From Macrostomum lignano (taxonomy: Eukaryota), in NCBI GenBank assembly GCA_002269645.1, contig NIVC01000654.1:313009-377008 (forward strand): a stretch of DNA of 64,000 bases, read 5' to 3'. The number at the start of each line of letters is the position of its first letter. Within the stretch, counting starts at the first letter, position 1. Shown one piece after another: positions 25,863 through 37,385 of this stretch. The notes beneath the pieces were generated by a model. It did no database searches. It saw only the letters and a program-made list of their open reading frames with translations, and was not told the origin of the DNA. Made by a program: the position numbers and the translations under genes.

Positions 25863-26098
25863 ACGGCCCTTTTAAGGTCATCTAGTTAAAACGGCCCCTT
25901 TGAGGGTCACCTTACTAAATTTAGACAGCTTATTTAATCATGCAGTTGCAATATGCAGACAAAATACCTCTCAATCAAATATTTTTGGGTTTTCTGGATT
26001 TTTTATTTGTTTTTATATTTTTGCATATATTCTCATAGTTGATTTGAAACTTATTTACAAATAGATTTTCAGAATCGTGCTCCTATGTACGAGTCTTC

Positions 26099-26674
26099 TT
26101 AGGGTGGCTTCTGCTGGGCATGCCGGTTGAACCTGAATCGGCACCGGTGTCCTGCCTGTGGCCTCATAGGTCCTGGTTGATCACAGAAGAAACAGTGACC
26201 CGGTTTTGGCTCTGGTCTGGTTCCACTGAATCGGTGCCTCTTCCAATTCAGCATTGGTTGGGGTGTCTGCGGTACTGTCTTAGTCTCTAGGCTGATGTTG
26301 GTGAAAATTATAGTTAGAGTGACGAGGCACTCCATCAGCGCTTCCATGCCCTTCTTCTGTCTCTGTTCCTCACTCTCTCCGTACTCTTCAATAATTCTTT
26401 GGCGGATGTACTGATACTTGAAGTCTTCTTTCCTGTTGCTCAGTCTGCGCTTGACTCTTTCTGGGATGTTCAGATTCGCGAATAACTCTTTCTTGCACTC
26501 TTCCTCACTGAGCTTCTTATTCCTACAATGCTGCTCGAAGGTGATCAACCACTTGCGAATATCTTCGCCAGGGGTGTACTTCTCGAATCTTTCTTCTCTT
26601 GTCACTTTCCCTAGACAGTCTCGCAGTTGTTCTGCTAGCATGGCAATGGCATCATTAGCCTGGTTCTGATTCAT
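26099..26674 (-). CDS. Truncated Gag-like ORF
   Basis: First ORF after the PBS; capsid-like FEKYTPGEDIRKWLITFEQHC...; broken zinc knuckle CFFCDQPG. Confidence 0.65.
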   Translation of the reverse strand: MNQNQANDAIAMLAEQLRDCLGKVTREERFEKYTPGEDIRKWLITFEQHCRNKKLSEEECKKELFANLNIPERVKRRLSNRKEDFKYQYIRQRIIEEYGESEEQRQKKGMEALMECLVTLTIIFTNISLETKTVPQTPQPMLNWKRHRFSGTRPEPKPGHCFFCDQPGPMRPQAGHRCRFRFNRHAQQKPP

Positions 26675-29530
26675 CTTCTCTTGAAAAACTTTTTCAAATT
26701 TTTCTTTGGAATTCTTCTGTTCTGAGAATCTTTCTGAGTATTATTTTCTATTCTAACCTTGAGAGTTCTCGCCATTTCTCTAATCTTTATCGCTGCTACC
26801 AAGTTGTCGTAGGGCTTACTTCTGTCCTCCAACTATCCCACTATTGCCACCAAAGTTGTCGCAGGGCTGTTTTACCTCCTACTCTATCAATTTTAATCCC
26901 AACCACTGATACCAAGTTGTGCTAGGTTTTCAATTTTCCTCTGCTGATTCTGCCTTTGGTATCTCTAACTGTTTCTTAGAATTTCACTTAAATATACTGG
27001 TAGCGTCTTATGTATTAATCTGGTAGCGTTCTTAGTATATTAGTCTGGTAGCGTTCTTAGTATATGGCCTGAGCGGTCTTACTAGTTTATGTACTTTCTC
27101 TCTCCAGTCTGGGCATTACCGAGATTAGAGGGTCACAGCGATTACTCTTGGTATTACTCTTTGCATGAATCCCAATTGCAACCTCCAACCTTCTTTACAA
27201 TACTTTTAGAAATGAACAATGATATGAGAATGATTTATAGAACACGTTTTGAGCTTATAGCTATTGAACAAGTGTTGTCTTTTCTTGCCTACAATTCTCT
27301 TCCTTTTATACTAGTTGATCACGTGTATTTTAAATAAATTGTTACAAGTTGAAAATATTTTGAGTATTAAAACAACAAATATAAATTTCGCGCTAATTTG
27401 AAAAATGAGTTTATAAGAAACAAAAGGTACCACTATTACATATATTGCATGAATATTAAAAAATTATTATATAAAAATTTCAAGTTGATAAGTTTATCTA
27501 TTTAAAATGACAAAAGTTATGGCAAAATTCTCATTACTTTTGAAACACCCTTCATAATAAGCTTCAAACTTCATTGATTCTTTAAAAAATACTTTTTTAT
27601 TTCTACTAACTTATTAGCCTGCTAATCTGCTATACTCTAAAAATATTAAAATTTTGTTATTTCTATACATCATAAAAAATTGTTTTAAACAACTATGAAA
27701 ATTTCAGTAGGCCTAGGCTATATTAAATACTAAAAAGGTAGGCCTAGTATTAGAAAGTAAGTTGAACAAAATAAATAACCTTAAAATCTCAAGAATAGGC
27801 CCTACTAGGCCTAACCTCAATAAACTAGGCCTAGGGCCTACACAATGATTTAAAACTTTTTTTTAAATAACTCTTACTCTTTTTGAGATGCAATGCAAAG
27901 ACTTTTGATCACAGAAGAAACAGTGACCCGGTTTTGGCTCTGGTCTGGTTAATAACCAGATGCAATCTGTTTGCCAAAGTATTGCAAACAGCCATCCATC
28001 ATATTAGAATACTAGGCCTATTATATAAAATTAGAATTAATTAGTACTTTGGTTAGGCCTATGTATCTATCTAGTATGAAAATTGTATAGTAGTAGTATT
28101 AATACTTAGACCTAGACCTTAGACCTAGGCCTAGTATTAAAAATAATATAGTAGGCCTAATAAATTACTTTATAAATATATTAAATATACTATACTAATA
28201 TAGTATAAAAATAATCCCAGAATTTTACATCATAATAAGTAAAGAGAGAAAAGCAACCGTTAGAACAACTTGGAGTCAGCTTTGAGATTAGATAGAAGCA
28301 CTTTATTCATTCATTTGCGAATGAATGCACGAATGCGTCGATCGATCGTGCGTCGTTCATTTAAAGTGACATATATTTTAAATAAAAAACATTTTAAAAT
28401 AGGGTGAAATATACACAGCATTTGCTTTCTAGATTAAAAAACAAAGAGTTTTTTGTGAAACCACTTTTTGTCACTTTATCGCTAATATACTTCACAATAG
28501 CTAGTCGATTGTGCGCCATTTGTTTAAGATTACATTTGACTCGAAGTCGCGCGTGGATTCAAAACATTGGAAAGTGGAAATCGAATCTATTAAACTGGAT
28601 TTAAATCTAGAAGTTTCAGTCCGGCTTTAGACTAGAAAGTTAAGTTACGTTTTTTCTGAAATGGCAATAGCATCTATTGAATTTCAGAGTCAAGATTTAA
28701 CACTGTAGAAGCTGAGTGGCGGTAAACTGAGGGGAGTTACTTACTACTTTTAGTATGCCTTTCACTTGCATGGTCTGGGTTCAGATTACAGATCTGATCT
28801 CAACTTGTTAGCAAAGGTATTTAATTCAGATTATTAAATTGTAGAATAAAAATACTACATAATGTTCTATGCACTTTTCTCAATTTTTTGTTCTATATAT
28901 GAAATAATCCTTGTTGGGCCTATTAATAATTTTAAAGCAGCATTCTGGTAGGCCTAAGCCATCAAGGCTATTTTTCTAGACTAGACATACCTATCCATCC
29001 CTATTCCCTATTGTAATAAATAATCATTAGTGCAGATAGTGTCTAGCACAAATTTGTAGGCTTATCTAGTAGTATAGTATAGTCTACCCTAGTCTAGACT
29101 TACGCATATTAAGCCTTAAGGGAAGGGTGTAACTGGGTGTTTGCTATTTGGCAATCAATCTGGCATAGGGGGCCTAGTCTAGACCTTGGCTCCGATAGGG
29201 CTATTTTACTATCTATGGTTTTCACTTAATATAAATATTTGGCAAAAAAATAGTCATAAAGTCTTCAATTATTTTATATAAATAATGAAATAAGTTAGGG
29301 CCTAATAACTAAAGGATTCAACCCCACTTTAGTGAAGGAATTTTCGGCAAAAGTCAATAATGGCAAAAAAGACTTTTGCAATGACCATTTCATCTAAAAT
29401 TGATCCACTTTGGCAAAGGGTTATTTTTATTATTGGCAAAAGGCAAGCAATTATGCATTATATGTGTAGTAATTATAACAAATAAAAAAATTGGTGTCTA
29501 TAAAAAAAATAGAATGAACAAATTGAGCAT

Positions 29531-29860
29531 TTAAAATTGATTATTAAAATTAAAAGTTGTTTGGGCTAAGACATTTAAAATAAAGTTAAATATATCCATT
29601 GTCATTATCATTGTATCCATATTCATCATGCCAGTTGGCTTGGTATTCCTGATTTGCTGTGTTTGCCAGATGACTGGGCATCCAAAGATTGGGTACATTC
29701 TGTGGATTTGTGTATTGCTGCAGCTGTCAATGCAGTCAGCTTCAATCTTCAGACTACATGTGCTATATGTAGTCTGTACTAGTAGTTTAATGTATTTTTG
29801 CTTGCCTGAATGGTCAGCAACACGCAAAACCTCTTCACACGAAATTTGTGCCATCAAATG
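29531..29860 (-). pseudogene. Possible degenerate Penelope-like RT fragment
   Basis: Weak resemblance only (IMTMD..., ILNVLAQTTFNFNNQF versus the LxxxxFxFNxxxYxQ motif). Confidence 0.25.
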
Positions 29861-30084
29861 AAAAATATTTTCTTACACTCTTGCCTTAACACATTGGTGC
29901 ACCAGATCAGACGCTTCTCTGTTGGTAGATTTTTTGGGGGATGATAATGTCTGCTTGATCCTTGTTGAAAACCCTACATTAGACAACCGTTGCTTGGCAC
30001 ATTCTGTGTGAATTGCAAACAACACAGCGCCAATATGTAGTCTACTAAGTGATCCATGACAACAAATGAAAATTGTCCATTAAC

Positions 30085-30215
30085 TCCGCTAGTGGCAGCT
30101 CCTGATTGGGTGGCTCTGCTAGTGGTGGCTCCTGATTAGGTGGCTCTGCTAGTGGTGGCTCCTGATTGGGCAGCTCTGCTAGTGGTAGCTCCTGATTGGG
30201 TGGCTCTTGATTGGC
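30085..30215. repeat. Short 30-bp minisatellite (CTCTGCTAGTGGTGGCTCCTGATTGGGTGG)
   Basis: About 4 units. Confidence 0.8.
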
Positions 30216-31529
30216 ACATGGCTGGCACTACCAACTTATCTATAGCTCGCCTGGGGTTTCAATTCATGCTCACGTACATGAACAGAATAATACATGTATG
30301 TGAAAAGACAATGTGTGCACATATATATGCACTGATAAGTTATATCCGTACCTTTCTATATCTGGATATATTGTTGGTGCAAAATCCCTGTTTGACATTT
30401 TTGATGCTGCCATCCACCATATCTATCACAACTGATGGTGTGTTGATAAGCACTTACAATTTTCTCATAGAGAAAACATAAATTGCTAGGTGCATTCATA
30501 AGTGCAGAGCGCAAGTCAAGTTTTTCTGAAAACTAAGCAGAAATAGTCTAGTGCTATTGTGTTTGTTTAATTATGCTCAATCTTTCTAGTGATTAAATTC
30601 ATTTATTCATGTATTGGTTAGTACATATGGACTAGCAGCCATGTCTCCAACTCTCACCCCCCTATAAATCCATCAATTGTACTTTGCATGATGTATATAC
30701 ATTTTTAAATGTGCAAACTGCAAATATCTGTCTAAGCAGTCAATGATCTTTTCTAGTTAAGTATCTTTTCGCCGAAGTGGTTAATTTCTTTTGACAAAAT
30801 GTGTATCTGTGTAGACAAAAAATTCATCTTCACCAAAACATCTTTTGCTAAAAATTAGTTTGCTGAGATGGGCTGCACCCTAACTAAGTATTTTTATTAT
30901 AAGCCTATAAAAGCTTATGGCACTACTGTTTTTACCTAGCAAGGAAATTCAAAATGCCTTATAATGATTGAGATCATGCTGTTTTTATTGTATATAATAA
31001 ATAAACATGGATCTAGTTGCTGTGTCAAGTATATAAATAATCATATGATTATTTATGATTATATATATAATCAATATATATATAATAAAATACTGATTGA
31101 TATCATAAATAATCCATAATATAATTTTATATCCCCTTCTATCCAATCAATCGCACACAAGGCTACCAGGTTCAAAGTTTTAATATAAGATAGTTCATAA
31201 GTAATAATAAGTTGCTAAACATTGTCTATTTATCATTATAAATAAAGATATTAATGGTGTAAGCAAGACTGCCATATACCAAGACCGCCACACTTGGGGG
31301 AGCTAGCTAAGGGAGAAATTCAGCTCAATGTGTTATTAGATAGTGCTAGAGAGGAGATAAGTGGGTAGGAGCTTGTCCTTGTCCCGTATAGCAACCTGTG
31401 CCTCAACATTCTCAATGAGTGCCAGGCCAATTGCATCTTCACCAATGGCATTGCCTCAACACTCAACCTGAGACAATGTTACTCTGTAGCTATCAACTCG
31501 CGCGTTACCATCAATGACCACTGGAACCA

Positions 31530-31970
31530 TGGTGAGCTTCACTGCTACACCAATGGTTCTAAGCAGTCAGCCAACACTGGTTTTGGTATTAGAGTCTTCC
31601 TGAATGAGAGGGTCATCGCAACCCACACTTAGTACACTGGGGTCAATCCAGTGTCTTCCAAAATAAAGTTCTCACCATCAGGTCTTGCATTGCAAAGCTT
31701 CTTGCCACTGGTGTATCTAGTTATAACATCATTTTCCATTCGGACAGCCAAGCTGCCTTGCACGCCATTAGTAGCTATAGTACTAATTCTGCTATAGTCT
31801 TTGCCTGTATCAAACTCCTCAATATGTTAGACTCCATCAACAAAATCACCTTTAAGTGGGTTCTGGGACATGTGGGGATCCAAGGGAATGAGTTGGCTGA
31901 CGCCCTTGCAAAAGTGGGCACCTCTGGCTCTTCTCTTGGTCCTGAACCTACCAGGATATGGCATTAGCCA
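31530..31970 (+). mobile_element. Non-LTR retrotransposon RNase H remnant
   Basis: LHCYTNGSK (YTDGSK motif), SDSQAALHAI, ITFKWVLGHVGIQGNELADALAK..GPEP. Confidence 0.8.
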
Positions 31971-32643
31971 TTTAGGGATTAGTAGAATGGGTGCTTGCAC
32001 CTTCCCATTGTGTCCCCCTAGGAGAGCCCTGCAACTAAGTCAAGCTGTGGCAGTCTTAGTGTATGGCAGTCTTAGTCATGTGCCATATTAATTAGGCATC
32101 TGATCTGATATGAAGCCTGAAGGTAGTAGGTTATAGGTTTTTTTATTACTAATGGCTAATTGATTGTAGGTGCTTTTATATTTTTTGCTGAATTAATCTA
32201 TTTGAAAAATATTTCAGAATGGCAGATATGCTTAACATTTAGCATATTTATAACTCTTAAAAGACAATTGTTAGTTTCAAGTCTATATATGGCAACTCTG
32301 AACCAGTGCTTTAAAAATTGTTTAGAGTTTTTTTACATGATGCAAACCATACTTTTAGTAAAACCAACCCTCAAGACACAGGTTGTACATGCCTAAAAAT
32401 TAGAAATTAGACCTCGTGTTGGTTGTGCTGGTTTAGAGTCAGCAGAATGGGCAGAAATGCCTTAGTGTTATTTGGGAGATAATTTTGCTTAAGGTTGTTG
32501 TGCCATGGTGCCCACAGCTTTATTCATTTATAATAGCGTACAGTATGTACTTGACAAGATAGTAGATACGATTTCTAGCATTAGTCTATCACATATTCAT
32601 TTACCTAATAGATTTCCAGGTGCAGTCTCAAACAGTCTAGCTA

Positions 32644-35600
32644 ATGGAATACAGCGACAATCTGGCATCCAATGAGCAAGTGCAGATAGACTTTCAGGGC
32701 ATTGAACTGCACGGACTAAATGGAGCCAATGGTTCCGATGGGGCTAATGGCATCGAGACTGAAATCTATCCTGGCTTAGAGGAGCGCGAAATTGTCACTG
32801 AGTTTGGCGTCCCCCTGCGTGTCTACGTGCATAGGGGCAGCAAGTGCTGCGGATCTATCATCACCTATCACGATTTGGGAACTAATCGTTAGTTTTGCGA
32901 AATTTTTAAAACAGATTTCGTCACCCTATACATTTATCTGTCAGCATATATCCGCTGTACCTACAGCATACCCATCCGCCCTTACAGCATATCCATCCGT
33001 CCTTACAGCATAGCTGCATACTCATCCGCCACTTACAACATACCCATCGGCCCCTACAGCACATCCATCCGCCCTTACAGCATACCCATCCACCCCTACA
33101 GCATCTCCGTCCCTTCAGATTCAGAATATCCGGCCCTACCTATAGCATATCTGCCCCTACCTACAGCATATCCGCCCCCTACCTACAGCATATCCGCCCC
33201 CTACCTACAGCATATCCGCCCCCTACCTACAGCATATCTGCCCCTATCTAAAGCATATCTGCCCCTACCTACAGCATATTCGCTCCAACCCTACAGCATA
33301 TCCAACCTTGCCCTTTTCAAAGACTCTAAATAATTACTAAATCGCACGCCTTTACCACCTGTCACACGCGCAAGATCGCTCCCTATTGAGATTCTTCAAT
33401 CACCCGGACATGCGCGTGATCATGGACTACTTCACCGTCTATCATGTGTGCGCGCCTGGTCACCACGACACTGCTGGCCCGGTGGCGTCCGAGTGAGTGT
33501 TTGATTTTATTAGTTGTAGTTTTATTCTTTAAATTCTTCAACTCATTCATGCGCAACGTAGGGAGGGATTCACCCGGCCGTTTCTATTGGCAACACACAC
33601 TACAAGTCGCTATTGGACAGAATAGTCGTCACGTGACTGCTCTCAGCCAATAGCGACTTACATGTGTGTGTTGCCAATAGAAACAGCCGGGTGATTCCCT
33701 AGGTTGCGCCCAAGCATGTTATTTGTTGTGTTATGAATAATGCCTGTTGTTACCATAGGTGTTGTTAGCTTGTATAAAATTGTGAATTACTTACATCGCG
33801 CATATAAAACAACTTATTTTTTAAAGGGTGATTGTTTCCGACGATCCTGAAGGGTGAGAAAAGTATTCTGATAATTGTTTTTTAGTCCAATATTTATTGT
33901 TGCCGTAGATGCTCGCGGCCGCTAAGCACTTGTTTATTTTAATTAAATAACGTGCACTGTCATATCTTCTCATTCTTCTGTCTGAGAGATTGTTGCGCAC
34001 TGGGTGATTCATTATATTAGTTCTAACCAAAATGTATGTAGCAAAAATGTTGCTTTAAAGTTGCTCGTAATGCAAATTTTTATCGAATTTAAGGAATTTA
34101 TACAAAGTCGTAATTTTGTCTGTTATAATTCTCAAATTTGTAATTATGCAACTTTTGTTCATGTTCAAATCCACAGAAATAAATCCTTGAGATAAAAGTA
34201 ATCTACTTCAAACTGCCCTGTCATCAACAATCAACCCTTCAAACTGCTCTGTCATCAACAATCTACCCCTTAAACTGCCCTGTCATCAACAATCTACCCC
34301 TCAAACTGTCCTGTCATCAACAATCTACCCCCCAAACTGCCCTGTCATCAACAATCAACCCTTCAAACTGCTCTGTCATAAACAATCTACCCCTCAAACT
34401 GCCCTGTCATCAACAATCTACCCCCCCCCCAAACTGCCCTGTCATCAACAATCAACCCTTCAAACTGCTCTGTCATAAACAATCTACCCCTCAAACTGCC
34501 CTGTCATCAACAATCTACCCCTCAAACTGCCCTGTCATCAACAATCAACCCTTCAAACTGCCCTGTCATCATCAATCAACCCTTCAAACTGCCCTGTCAT
34601 CAACAATCAACCCCCTCAAACTGCCCTGTCATCAACAATCTACCCCCTCAAACTGCCCTGTCATCAACAATCTACCCCCTCAAACTGCCCTGTCATCAAC
34701 AATCTACCCCCCCCCAAACTGCCCTGTCATCAACAATCTACCCCCCCCCTCAAACTGCCCTGTCATCAACAATCTACCCCTCAAACTGTCCTGTCATCAA
34801 CAATCTACCCCTCAAACTGTCCTGTCATCAACAATATACCCTCAAACTGCCCTGTCATCAACAATCTACCCCCCCCCCTCAAACTGCCCTGTCATCAACA
34901 ATCTACCCCTCAAACTGTCCTGTCATCAACAATCTACCCCTCAAACTGTCCTGTCATCAACAATCTACCCCTCAAACTGTCCTGTCATCAACAATCTACC
35001 CCTCAAACTGTCCTGTCATCAACAATCTACCCCTCAAACTGTTCTGTCATCAACAATCTACCCCTCAAACTGTCCTGTCATCAACAATCTACCCCTCAAA
35101 CTGTTCTGTCATCAACAATCTACCCCTCAAACTGTCCTGTCATCAACAATCTACCCCCTCAAACTGCCGTGTCGTCAATCTACCCCCCTTCAAACTGCCC
35201 TGTTATTATATAATAGTTTTCAATATTTTAAATGCTTCTTAAGCGTAGAGATTAGTTTTGATAAAATCATGAAAGCTTATTGCCGTGTTAAGTGACACCA
35301 ACTGAATATTGGTTGAAAATGATTTTGTACTAAAGAATATTATTTTCAGTGATGTGTACAGGTAATTATTGTGCTACGTCTGACAAATTATTAATAAATC
35401 ATATTCGCCTGGTATAGATAATTAAATTTGTCTAATTTATTTACTATTTGGCTAACAATTTAAACGTGGCATATTTTAATTGCTTTGTATATTTTTGTGT
35501 CATAATTAAACTACACGCACTTCAATCTGTTCTAATCATCGTGTGCATCTTTTCAGAGGCAGCGTTCGCGAAGGCCTCCTTGGCAGTGGGGGTGGAGCCA

Positions 35601-37094
35601 CTGCCACTAATGGATCGGCCTCTAATACTAGCTATGCCGTCTATGGACAAGGAAGGGGCACTGTGTAAGTTGAGCCCAGATTAGTGTGGCTGCCCGGGGA
35701 ATCGAACCCGGGGACCCTTATTTATATAGCAAGAGCTAAAACATAGGATAATTTAAAATTAATTATGAATCTACTACTACTCATTCTTCTACTAATTTTA
35801 CTAATACTCACTACCCCTACCTGCACCCATTCCTACAGCCCGTCCTACCCCAGCCTAGACCAGCTAGCCGAGATGCTGCAGTCTGTAGTTCAAGCCTACA
35901 GCATATCCTGCTTTGTTGGTGTAGGAATTGGCGCCGGCGCCAATATTTTGGCGCGCCATGCGCTGCGTCATTCGGAGCGCGTACTCGGCCTGTTCCTAGT
36001 TAACGCGAACGCTCACTCGGACAATACCTATTATAACTGGCTGTTCGCCAACTACAATGCCGAGTGGGACAGGTTGAAGCACGGGGTATTGACAATTAGC
36101 GCCCAGCGAGCCCTGGAGATGCACTGGTTTGGCCACACCGAGTCGGAGAGCGTTGATCTCATCGAGCGGTACAGGCGGCACCTGCTGAGCCTCTGCCTGC
36201 CTAATGTGGCCGGCTTCATTCAGGCCTACAACCAGCGGCCCGACCTGGGCATTCAACGGGGCGGCAGGACTCTTCCTGTGCAGGTATGACGGGCTCAGTT
36301 GCTGGGCAAGCCTCCCAGATTCTCAGTTGCTGGGCCAGCCTCTCAGATTCTCAGTTGCTGGGCCAGCCTCCCAGATCCTCAGTTGCTGGGCCAGCCTCCC
36401 AGATCCTCAGTTGCTGGGCCAGCCTCTCAGATTCTCAGTTGCTGGGCCAGCCTCCCAGATCCTCAGTTGCTGGGCCAGCCTCCCAGATTCTCAGTTGCTG
36501 GGCCAGCCTCTCAGATTCTCAGTTGCTGGGCTAGCCTCCCAGATCCTCAGTTGCTGGGCCAGCCTCCCAGATTCTCAGTTGCTGGGCCAGCCTCTCAGAT
36601 TCTCAGTTGCTGGGCCAGCCTCCCAGATCCTCAGTTGCTGGGCCAGCCTCCCAGATTCTCAGTTGCTGGGCCAGCCTCTCAGATTCTCAGTTGCTGGGCT
36701 AGCCTCCCAGATCCTCAGTTGCTGGGCCAGCCTTCCAAATCCTCAGGCTTGCTACATGCTGCATTCGATCCAAATCATCAGTTCAAGCCCCACCATCCCC
36801 ACCCCTCATCAGACATTCCTACTCACCGGGTCGCTAGGCAAATACCAAGCCAAAAGCCTGGTTGCCATGAACGCCCGATGCGATCCATCCAAAACTGAAT
36901 ACCTCATCGCTGACGAAGCCGACGGCATGCTGATTGAGGAGCAGCCGGACAAAGCCGCCGGCTACCTGCTGGGCCTGCTGCGCGAGACCGGCCTGGTGGC
37001 TTTCCTCACCCCGGCCAGAGTGCGCGAGCAGGCCATCCGGCTCAGCACCGACGCTCTGATGCGGCGGGACCAGTCTGGCGTCGACGTTTGTTAA
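32644..37094 (+). CDS. NDRG: NDRG (Ndr) family alpha/beta-hydrolase-fold protein, about 398 aa, 5 coding exons
   Basis: Exons 32644-32887, 33375-33492, 35557-35664, 35839-36283, 36813-37094 give 1197 nt in frame. Motifs [45 protein letters not shown] and DPSKT. Confidence 0.9.
32945..33305. repeat. ~23-bp intronic minisatellite (GCATATCCGCCCCCTACCTACA)
   Basis: Direct reading. Confidence 0.85.
33551..33709. mobile_element. 159-bp palindromic element (MITE-like) in an NDRG intron
   Basis: Arms GCGCAAC..CACCCGGC.GTTTCTATTGGCAACACACAC..AAGTCGCTATTGG / CCAATAGCGACTT..GTGTGTGTTGCCAATAGAAAC.GCCGGGTG..GTTGCGC; centre GTCACGTGAC. Confidence 0.75.
34195..35205. repeat. ~31-bp intronic minisatellite (CAAACTGCCCTGTCATCAACAATCTACCCCT)
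   Basis: Direct reading; variable C-run. Confidence 0.95.
36294..36745. repeat. 28-bp minisatellite (third locus of the family)
   Basis: Unit GCTGGGCCAGCCTCCCAGATCCTCAGTT. Confidence 0.95.
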
Positions 37095-37219
37095 ATTTAA
37101 TACTTTTTATGACGTGCTCGCTGCTGTTACTCTCGACTTGAGGTTTCGTCTGACATGTTGGGGACGATGGCCTTGCAATATTGATTTGTAGGTTAATACA
37201 TAAACATGGAAGGGAGGGC

Positions 37220-37231
37220 AAACAGACAGAC

Positions 37232-37269
<38 letters not shown>

Positions 37270-37288
37270 GAGACACAGACAGACAGAC

Positions 37289-37321
<33 letters not shown>

Positions 37322-37385
37322 CACAGACAGACAGACGGACAAGACAGACAGACGACAGACAGACAGATAAGACAGACAGACAGAC
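37220..37385. repeat. (GACA)n microsatellite
   Basis: Direct reading. Confidence 0.95.

Larger units (their letters stand above)
22301..27440 (-). mobile_element. Non-autonomous LTR retroelement (Gypsy-like), 5140 bp
   Basis: LTRs 22301-22960 and 26805-27440 with TG..CA ends, 16 substitutions and one 24-bp indel; 4-bp TSD TATA; PBS TGGTAGCAGCG (26801-26791); PPT AAGAGGAGGAAGGT (22974-22961); no RT/RNase H/integrase core seen. Confidence 0.92.
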
